10,322 nucleotides of DNA. Source: a virus (Duplodnaviria; Heunggongvirae; Uroviricota; Caudoviricetes). Shown here piece by piece: positions 4,136 to 10,322 of the stretch. Made by a program: the position numbers and the translations under genes. The notes under the pieces were generated by a model, which did no database searches, had not been told where the DNA came from, and saw only the letters and a program-made list of their open reading frames with translations. The DNA is taken from positions 1-10,322 of IMG/VR virus record IMGVR_UViG_2913123054_000006. The stretch is one strand, 5' to 3'. Position 1 is the stretch's first letter, and every line of letters begins with the position of its first letter.

Positions 4136-7100
4136 ATGAGCACAAAACCACTCTTCCTGTTACGGAAAGCGAAAAAATCATCCGGTGAACCTGACGTCGT
4201 CCTGTGGGCAAGCGACGATTTTGAATCGACCTGTGCCACTCTGGACTACCTGCTCGTTAAGTCAGGTAAAAAACTGAGCAGCTATTTTAAACCTGTTGCC
4301 ACGAATTTTCCTGTCGTTAATGACCTTCCCCCTGAAGGTGAGATCGATTTTACCTGGAGTGAACGCTATCAACTCAGCAAAGACTCCATGACCTGGGAAC
4401 TAAAACCGGGAGCAGCGCCAGACGACGTTCACCATCAGGAGAATGCACCGGAAACCGAAGAACCGGCGGGAGGCCAGGAAGAAAACACACGGGCAGACGC
4501 TCACGGGGATTGCCAGGATTGCGAAATCCCTGTAGCCACACTCAGTCTTACTCATCGTTTCCTTCATCTCTTCTTTTTCGGTCGGATGGAAGATGGAAAA
4601 TACAGCAATCACGCCACGCCGGAACAGCGTAATAACGTCATCCGGATGGAGATGGATACGGAGGATAGCTACCTCCAGAGCCTGCTTACAGCAGTACGTT
4701 CTCATCCTGAACTGGATAAGCTGGCAAACCATCATCTTGGCAGGTTGGCGGAGTCGGTATCCAGAGTGTTTACCCGCACAGAAACCCGTCGCATCAGCCC
4801 TGCTGAATTCGACAAATTCATTTCCACCTGGATGAAAACTGATTATCTGGAGCAGGGATTACTGACAAAAGAGTTGGCGAAGGGAAATTGCGTATCTGAA
4901 ATCAATCGCACCCCGTCGGGCGCAAATGCCGGTGGCGGTATTCTTACCGACCGTGGCGAAGGTTTTGTCCACGATGATGCATCACTGGCGCGCGATGTAG
5001 CCACTGGTGTACTGGCCCGTTCAATGGACGTGGACATCTATAACCTTCATCCGGCACACGCTAAACGCATTGAGGAAATTATCGCTGAAAATAAACCGCC
5101 CTTTTCTGTTTTCCGCGACAAATTCATCACCATGCCTGGCGGGCTGGATTATTCACGCGCCATCGTGGTTGCGTCCGTGAAAGAAGCACCAATTGGGATC
5201 GAGGTCATCCCCGCGCACGTCACTGAATATCTGAACAAAGTACTGACTGAAACCGATCATGCCAACCCTGATCCGGAAATCGTGGATATTGCCTGCGGTC
5301 GCTCCTCTGCCCCGATGCCGCAGCGAGTAACAGAAGAAGGAAAACAGGATGATGAAGAAAAACCGCAACCATCTGGAACAACGGCAGATGAACAGGGAGA
5401 GGCTGAAACAATGGAACCGGACGCAACTGAACATCATCAGGACACGCAGCCGCTGGATGCTCAGTCACAGGTAAATTCTGTTGATGCGAAATATCAGGAA
5501 CTGCGGGCAGAACTCCATGAAGCCCGGAAAAACATTCCATCAAAAAATCCTGTCGATGCCGATAAATTACTTGCTGCATCACGTGGTGAATTTGTTGACG
5601 GAATTAGCGACCCGAACGATCCGAAATGGGTTAAGGGGATCCAGACTCGCGATTCTGTGTACCAGAACCAGCCAGAAACGGAAAAAACCAGCCCGGATGT
5701 GAAACAACCTGAGCCAGTAGTGCAACAGGAACCGGAAATAGTCTGCAATGCCTGCGGTCAGACTGGCGGAGATAACTGCCCTGACTGTGGGGCGGTGACG
5801 GGGGACGCAACATACCAGGAAACATTCGATGAAGAGAATCAGGTTGAAGCTAAGGAAAAAGATCCGGTGGAAATGGAAGGCGCTGAACATCCGCACAATG
5901 AGAATGCTGGCAGCGATCCGCATCGTGATTGCAGTGATGAAACTGGTGAAGCGTCAGCTCCTGTAGCAACTGAAATCATGTGGCCGTCATATTTCGAGCC
6001 TGGCCGCTATGAAAACCTCCCGAACGAGGTTTATCACTCCGCCAACGGAATAAGCAGCACGATGCTGAAGGATGCCCGTATCAGCCTGATGTATTACCAC
6101 GGACGGCACATTGCCGGAACTATTCCGAACGAGGAAAGTGATGTACTGCTGCGTGGGCGGATCATTCACAGCTATGTTCTGGAAACGGATAAATTCGCTG
6201 ATGAATATGCCATTCCGGTACCGGTTCCTGAATATGTGGTTACTACTTCTAGCGAACTGATCGCCATCATTAAAAAACACAATGCCAGTCTGCCAGCACT
6301 GATGACACCAGAGCAGATGAAAGAGTGGATCGAAAGCTACAACAGCACTCTTATACAGCCACTGTCTGTAAGTGCCGGGGCCGAAGAAACAGGCATCCTT
6401 TACGGTTCGCTTCCGGTGGAATTTCGGCGTATTCCTGAGGGGGAAAAACACACAGCATCAGCAATGAAAGCCTGTATTAAAGAATACAACGCAAGCCTCC
6501 CTCCTCTGTTGAAAACCAGTGGAGCACGGGAGCAGCTTCTGGATCAAATTGAAACTGTAGACCCAGAACTGGCAAAAAAAGAACGTGCTAAATCTTTGCC
6601 TTACAACATCAGTGGCACAAAAGAGCAATTAACCGAAATCGCACGGAAAATTCGCCCGGAACTGGTGACACTGGAGGACTGGCAAAAACGCCAGCAAGAA
6701 GAAAATGCCGGGAAAACGTTTATCAGTCCGGATATGTATGAACAGGCAAAAAATATTCACGCGGCACTGCAAAACAATACCGATGCAGCAAGGCTACTTA
6801 ACCACCCGGATCGCAAATCTGAAATCAGCTATTTCGGGTTTGATGAAGAAACCGGGCTGGAAATCAGGGTCCGTCCTGATATCGAAATCCGGCTGCCATA
6901 CGAAAGCATTTGCGCTGACGTGAAGTCAGTCAGCCTCGGTTATGTGCGACAGGAACGACTTAAAGATCGCCTGCACCGTGAAATTATTGAGCGTGATTAT
7001 CACCTCAGCGCCGCAATGTATTGCGATGTGGCAAACCTGGACAAATTTTTCTGGATCTTCGTCAACAAAGATGCTGGCTATCACTGGGTGGCAGTCGTGG

Positions 7101-7267
7101 AAGCCTCGCAGGAACTCCTGGAACTTGGTCGACAGGAATATCGCCGGACGCTACGCCAGATAAACGAAGCCCTGGAGACAAACAACTGGCCAGCACCGAT
7201 TACCGAAAGTTATACCGACGAATTAAACGACTTTGATCTTCGTCGTCTTGAAGCACTGAGCATCTGA
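4136..7267 (+). CDS. recE: RecE-family exodeoxyribonuclease VIII (1043 aa) with a divergent C-terminal PD-(D/E)XK nuclease domain
   Basis: Track ORF with GAGGT SD. N-terminus [26 protein letters not shown]... and the long acidic central region match Rac RecE as I recall it. C-terminal domain carries RecE-like motifs (..RVRPDIEI.., ..ICADVKSVS.., ..[21 protein letters not shown]) but differs from the K-12 C-terminus I remember (..CRCRPDKII.., ..IMDVKTT.., ..[22 protein letters not shown]). Confidence 0.9.
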   Translation: MSTKPLFLLRKAKKSSGEPDVVLWASDDFESTCATLDYLLVKSGKKLSSYFKPVATNFPVVNDLPPEGEIDFTWSERYQLSKDSMTWELKPGAAPDDVHHQENAPETEEPAGGQEENTRADAHGDCQDCEIPVATLSLTHRFLHLFFFGRMEDGKYSNHATPEQRNNVIRMEMDTEDSYLQSLLTAVRSHPELDKLANHHLGRLAESVSRVFTRTETRRISPAEFDKFISTWMKTDYLEQGLLTKELAKGNCVSEINRTPSGANAGGGILTDRGEGFVHDDASLARDVATGVLARSMDVDIYNLHPAHAKRIEEIIAENKPPFSVFRDKFITMPGGLDYSRAIVVASVKEAPIGIEVIPAHVTEYLNKVLTETDHANPDPEIVDIACGRSSAPMPQRVTEEGKQDDEEKPQPSGTTADEQGEAETMEPDATEHHQDTQPLDAQSQVNSVDAKYQELRAELHEARKNIPSKNPVDADKLLAASRGEFVDGISDPNDPKWVKGIQTRDSVYQNQPETEKTSPDVKQPEPVVQQEPEIVCNACGQTGGDNCPDCGAVTGDATYQETFDEENQVEAKEKDPVEMEGAEHPHNENAGSDPHRDCSDETGEASAPVATEIMWPSYFEPGRYENLPNEVYHSANGISSTMLKDARISLMYYHGRHIAGTIPNEESDVLLRGRIIHSYVLETDKFADEYAIPVPVPEYVVTTSSELIAIIKKHNASLPALMTPEQMKEWIESYNSTLIQPLSVSAGAEETGILYGSLPVEFRRIPEGEKHTASAMKACIKEYNASLPPLLKTSGAREQLLDQIETVDPELAKKERAKSLPYNISGTKEQLTEIARKIRPELVTLEDWQKRQQEENAGKTFISPDMYEQAKNIHAALQNNTDAARLLNHPDRKSEISYFGFDEETGLEIRVRPDIEIRLPYESICADVKSVSLGYVRQERLKDRLHREIIERDYHLSAAMYCDVANLDKFFWIFVNKDAGYHWVAVVEASQELLELGRQEYRRTLRQINEALETNNWPAPITESYTDELNDFDLRRLEALSI

Positions 7268-7278
7268 GGAAGGACACA

Positions 7279-8331
7279 ATGAACGAATTAACTCAACAAG
7301 AAAATATTAACTCTAATGTTGCGGTTTTCAGCCCTCAGTCCCTGGCTGCAATTCAGACATTTTCCCAGGTAATGGCTTCCGGCATGGCTACTGTACCGGA
7401 ACACCTCCGGGGAAATCCATCAGACTGCATGGCCATCACCATGCAGGCGATGCAGTGGCAAATGAACCCTTACGCAGTAGCTCAGAAAACTTTCGTTGTG
7501 AATGGTGTGCTCGGATATGAAGCGCAACTGGTTAATGCCGTAATCAGTACTCGTGGGCCGCTAACCGGGCGTATTGAATATGACTGGTTCGGGCCGTGGG
7601 AAAAAATTATCGGGAAATTTGAAATCAGGAAGAGCGACAAAGGGAAAGAATATCGTGTACCTGGCTGGAAGCTGGCCGATGAAAACGGGATCGGTGTTCG
7701 TGTCCAGGCAACACTACGCGGCGAAAGTAAACCACGCGTACTGGAATTACTTCTGGCGCAGGCCAGAACACGTAACTCAACGCTATGGGCCGACGATCCT
7801 CGCCAGCAGCTTGCCTATCTGGCGCTGAAACGCTGGGCGCGCCTTTATTGCCCCGAAGTGATTCTTGGAGTGTACACCAGGGACGAACTGGACGAGCCAC
7901 AGGAAAAAATCATTAATCCGGTTCAGGAACATAAAAACACTTCCGCTTGCCGCGCGGAACGTGAAACAACAATTATTGAGCAGGATGCCGGGGAAAACTG
8001 GATCGATGCTTTCCGTGAACGTATTGAGCAGGCACAAAGCACCGGGGAAACAACAGCACTTCGCCAGGAAGTGGAAGATCATAAAAATACACTTGGCGCT
8101 CTCTATACGGAACTTAAAGGAAAAGTGGTTCAGCGTCATCACCGTCTCAATGCTATTGCCCGTATCGAGAAGATGATAAATGACCTACCTTCTTCAGGTG
8201 ATCCAGAAGCAGAACAAAAATTTACTGCTCTGGAAAATACGCTGAATGCTGCCCGGCCACATCTGGGTGAATTATATGAGGCGTATAAAACGACACTGAC
8301 AGATATGAAACCAGAATATATCGGCTCCTGA
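7279..8331 (+). CDS. Putative phage single-strand annealing protein / recombinase partner of RecE (350 aa); family not assignable without a search, not canonical RecT
   Basis: Track ORF starting 11 nt after the recE stop with GGAAGGA SD, occupying the position recT holds in Rac (recE-recT-lar). Sequence (MNELTQQENINSNVAVFSPQSLAAIQTFSQVMASGMATVPEHLRGNPSDCMAITMQAMQWQMNPYAVAQKTF...) does not match K-12 RecT or lambda Bet as I recall them. Functional call is by synteny only. Confidence 0.5.
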   Translation: MNELTQQENINSNVAVFSPQSLAAIQTFSQVMASGMATVPEHLRGNPSDCMAITMQAMQWQMNPYAVAQKTFVVNGVLGYEAQLVNAVISTRGPLTGRIEYDWFGPWEKIIGKFEIRKSDKGKEYRVPGWKLADENGIGVRVQATLRGESKPRVLELLLAQARTRNSTLWADDPRQQLAYLALKRWARLYCPEVILGVYTRDELDEPQEKIINPVQEHKNTSACRAERETTIIEQDAGENWIDAFRERIEQAQSTGETTALRQEVEDHKNTLGALYTELKGKVVQRHHRLNAIARIEKMINDLPSSGDPEAEQKFTALENTLNAARPHLGELYEAYKTTLTDMKPEYIGS

Positions 8332-8394
8332 TATTGACTTTGGCGGTGTAGCCTCACCGCCATCACAAAATTTTATTTTATGAGAGAAAAGACA

Positions 8395-8589
8395 ATGCGG
8401 TATGAAAAAGTCAAACCATGCCCTTTTTGTGGTTGTCCATCAGTAACGGTGAAAGCCATTTCAGGATATTACCGCGCGAAGTGTAACGGATGCGAATCCC
8501 GAACCGGCTATGGTGGAAGTGAAAAAGAAGCACTCGAACGATGGAATAAACGAACCACTGGAAATAATAATGGAGGTGTTCATGTATAA
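8395..8589 (+). CDS. ralR: Lar/RalR restriction-alleviation protein (64 aa)
   Basis: Track ORF 8380..8589; preferred start ATG 8395 (MRYEKVKPCPFCGCPSVTVKAISGYYRAKCNGCESRTGYGGSEKEALERWNKRTTGNNNGGVHV). CPFCG...C..C zinc-ribbon-like motif. Matches recalled Rac Lar. Confidence 0.85.
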   Translation: MRYEKVKPCPFCGCPSVTVKAISGYYRAKCNGCESRTGYGGSEKEALERWNKRTTGNNNGGVHV

Positions 8590-8770
8590 AATTACCGCCA
8601 CTATTGAAAAGGAAGGTGGCACTCCTACTAACTGGACAAGGTACTCAAAAACAAAATTAACCAAATCAGAATGCAAAAAAATGCTCTCAGGTAAAAAAGA
8701 AGCAGGCGTTTCCAGAGAGCAGAAAGTAAAACTGATAAATTTTAATTGCGAGCAACTTCAGTCCTCGTGA
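8582..8770 (+). CDS. ydaC: YdaC-like small protein (62 aa)
   Basis: Track ORF 8510..8770; preferred start ATG 8582 (MYKITATIEKEGGTPTNWTRYSKTKLTKSECKKMLSGKKEAGVSREQKVKLINFNCEQLQSS) with GGAGGTG SD. Overlaps the lar stop by 8 nt. Position matches ydaC in Rac. Confidence 0.65.
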   Translation: MYKITATIEKEGGTPTNWTRYSKTKLTKSECKKMLSGKKEAGVSREQKVKLINFNCEQLQSS

Positions 8771-8802
8771 ATTGCATTGTATTCAAATTAAAACTTCATA
8801 GC

Positions 8803-8818
8803 TGATTATTAATAATCA
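8803..8818. repeat. Perfect 16-bp palindrome TGATTATTAATAATCA upstream of xis
   Basis: Read directly; its reverse complement is identical. Lies 52 nt upstream of the xis start in the ydaC-xis intergenic region. Function unassigned. Confidence 0.6.
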
Positions 8819-8869
8819 ACATCGGGCGTCAATTTCAGTCTAACATTGGCGCCTGCCAGAGGTGATGCG

Positions 8870-9085
8870 ATGGCACAAGTAATCTTTAATGAAGAGTGGA
8901 TGGTTGAATACGGCCTGATGCTTCGCACTGGTCTGGGGGCCAGACAAATTGAAGCATACCGCCAGAACTGTTGGGTGGAAGGCTTCCACTTCAAACGAGT
9001 ATCTCCTTTAGGGAAGCCAGACAGTAAGCGAGGGATTATCTGGTACAACTATCCAAAGATAAATCAGTTTATCAAAGACTCATGA
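8870..9085 (+). CDS. xisR: Excisionase-like protein (71 aa)
   Basis: Track ORF 8846..9085 begins at TTG; preferred start ATG 8870 ([61 protein letters not shown]...) with GAGGTG 6 nt upstream. Small basic protein directly upstream of, and coupled to, the integrase gene (stop TGA 9083..9085, int ATG 9087). Length matches Rac YdaQ/XisR. Confidence 0.75.
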   Translation: MAQVIFNEEWMVEYGLMLRTGLGARQIEAYRQNCWVEGFHFKRVSPLGKPDSKRGIIWYNYPKINQFIKDS

Positions 9086-9086
9086 T

Positions 9087-10322
9087 ATGTCTAAATTACC
9101 AACAGGTGTCGAGATTCGAGGTAAATACATTCGCATCTGGTTCATGTTTCGAGGAAAACGATGTCGGGAAACATTGAAAGGCTGGGAGGTTACTAACAGT
9201 AACATTAAAAAGGCCGGGAATTTAAGAGCGTTGATAGTTCATGAAATCAACTCCGGTGAATTTGAGTATTTAAGACGTTTTCCCCAGTCCAGCACTGGGG
9301 CAAAAATGGTGACAACGAGGGTCATAAAAACGTTCGGGGAACTTTGTGATATCTGGACAAAAATTAAAGAGACAGAGTTAACAACAAACACAATGAAGAA
9401 AACGAAATCACAATTAAAAACACTCAGGATAATAATTTGTGAGAGTACCCCTATATCACATATTCGTTATAGCGATATCTTAAACTACCGGAATGAACTG
9501 CTGCATGGAGAAACGCTTTACCTGGATAATCCAAGATCCAACAAAAAAGGAAGAACCGTGCGCACAGTTGATAACTATATAGCCCTGCTCTGTTCGTTGT
9601 TACGTTTTGCGTATCAGTCGGGATTTATATCAACCAAACCATTTGAAGGAGTAAAAAAATTACAGCGAAACAGAATAAAGCCTGATCCGTTATCTAAAAC
9701 AGAATTCAATGCATTAATGGAAAGTGAAAAAGGACAGAGCCAGAACTTGTGGAAATTTGCCGTTTACTCCGGGCTTCGTCACGGGGAACTGGCTGCTCTG
9801 GCGTGGGAGGATGTGGATTTCGAGAAGGGAATTGTGAATGTCAGAAGAAACCTGACGATACTTGATATGTTCGGTCCCCCAAAAACAAATGCGGGGATCC
9901 GGACGGTAACACTACTACAGCCAGCTCTTGAAGCACTGAAGGAGCAATACAAACTGACCGGGCATCATCGCAAAAGCGAAATCACTTTTTATCATCGGGA
10001 GTACGGCAGAACCGAAAAGCAAAAACTGCATTTTGTTTTCATGCCCAGGATGTGTAACGGAAAACAGAAACCTTATTACTCGGTAAGCAGTTTGGGTGCG
10101 AGATGGAATGCAGCAGTAAAACGTGCTGGTATTCGCCGCCGTAATCCGTACCATACGCGACATACTTTTGCCTGCTGGCTGTTGACGGCAGGAGCGAACC
10201 CGGCATTTATAGCCAGCCAGATGGGGCATGAAACTGCGCAGATGGTGTATGAAATTTACGGTATGTGGATTGATGACATGAACGACGAACAGGTAGCTAT
10301 GTTGAATGCGCGGTTATCGTAG
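9087..10322 (+). CDS. intR: Tyrosine-recombinase phage integrase (411 aa) with N-terminal arm-binding domain
   Basis: Track ORF. N-terminus MSKLPTGVEIRGKYIRIWFMFRGKRCRETLKG (arm-type DNA-binding domain). C-terminal catalytic signatures: LRHGELAALAWEDVD (box I Arg), HTRHTFACWLLTAGANP (H-x-x-R), HETAQMVYEIYGMW (His/Tyr). 411 aa as in Rac IntR. Stop TAG is the last codon in the window. Confidence 0.9.
   Translation: MSKLPTGVEIRGKYIRIWFMFRGKRCRETLKGWEVTNSNIKKAGNLRALIVHEINSGEFEYLRRFPQSSTGAKMVTTRVIKTFGELCDIWTKIKETELTTNTMKKTKSQLKTLRIIICESTPISHIRYSDILNYRNELLHGETLYLDNPRSNKKGRTVRTVDNYIALLCSLLRFAYQSGFISTKPFEGVKKLQRNRIKPDPLSKTEFNALMESEKGQSQNLWKFAVYSGLRHGELAALAWEDVDFEKGIVNVRRNLTILDMFGPPKTNAGIRTVTLLQPALEALKEQYKLTGHHRKSEITFYHREYGRTEKQKLHFVFMPRMCNGKQKPYYSVSSLGARWNAAVKRAGIRRRNPYHTRHTFACWLLTAGANPAFIASQMGHETAQMVYEIYGMWIDDMNDEQVAMLNARLS

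Noticed and set aside
4400-7236. Numerous minus-strand and alternative-frame ORFs inside recE (e.g. 4400..4735, 5220..5582, 5987..6451, 6705..6923, 7021..7236)
   Set aside because: All are embedded in the long, clearly coding recE frame; they are shadow ORFs.
7574-8366. ORFs 7574..7828(+), 7625..7900(-), 7783..8142(-), 7865..8176(+), 8139..8366(-)
   Set aside because: Embedded in or antisense to the 350-aa gene; no independent support.
8461-9048. Minus-strand ORFs 8461..8676 and 8809..9048
   Set aside because: Antisense to lar/ydaC and to xis respectively; no RBS support.
9915-10229. Minus-strand ORF 9915..10229
   Set aside because: Antisense to the integrase catalytic domain.
1-10322. Looked for CRISPR repeats, tRNA/rRNA, IS inverted repeats and an attachment-site core
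   Set aside because: No regularly spaced repeats, no tRNA-like or rRNA sequence and no transposase seen. The att site is expected beyond the int stop, which is the last base of the window.
1-10322. Chi site (GCTGGTGG) near the recombination genes
   Set aside because: I did not find the octamer by eye on either strand; not claimed.

Overview
This window reads as the immunity-to-integrase arm of a Rac-type lambdoid (cryptic) prophage of Escherichia/Shigella. Gene order is ydaU-like(-, runs off the left edge), ydaT(-), ydaS/cro-like(-), then a divergent promoter region, then racR-like repressor(+), two small ORFs(+), an unassigned 120-aa gene(+) convergent with an unassigned 59-aa gene(-), and then a co-directional block kilR, ydaE, racC, recE, a 350-aa putative annealing-protein partner, lar/ralR, ydaC, xis, int (all +). 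The window ends exactly at the int stop codon, so the attachment site and bacterial flank are not visible. All protein identifications come from recognising sequences and gene order from memory plus signals read directly in the DNA; no database search or computation was run, and sub-ORF start sites were placed by counting codons from the ORF-track coordinates. Three things stand out. First, an uncharacterised convergent two-gene cassette (120 aa + 59 aa) sits in the repressor-adjacent accessory slot where lambdoid phages carry exclusion genes (rexAB, sieB); this is my best candidate for an undescribed system. Second, the RecE C-terminal nuclease domain and its 350-aa downstream partner do not match canonical Rac RecE/RecT as I remember them. 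Third, a 13-bp motif is shared between the racR/ydaS divergent promoter and a second promoter downstream of racR, suggesting OR/OL-like operators. I saw no rRNA, tRNA, CRISPR array or IS element.
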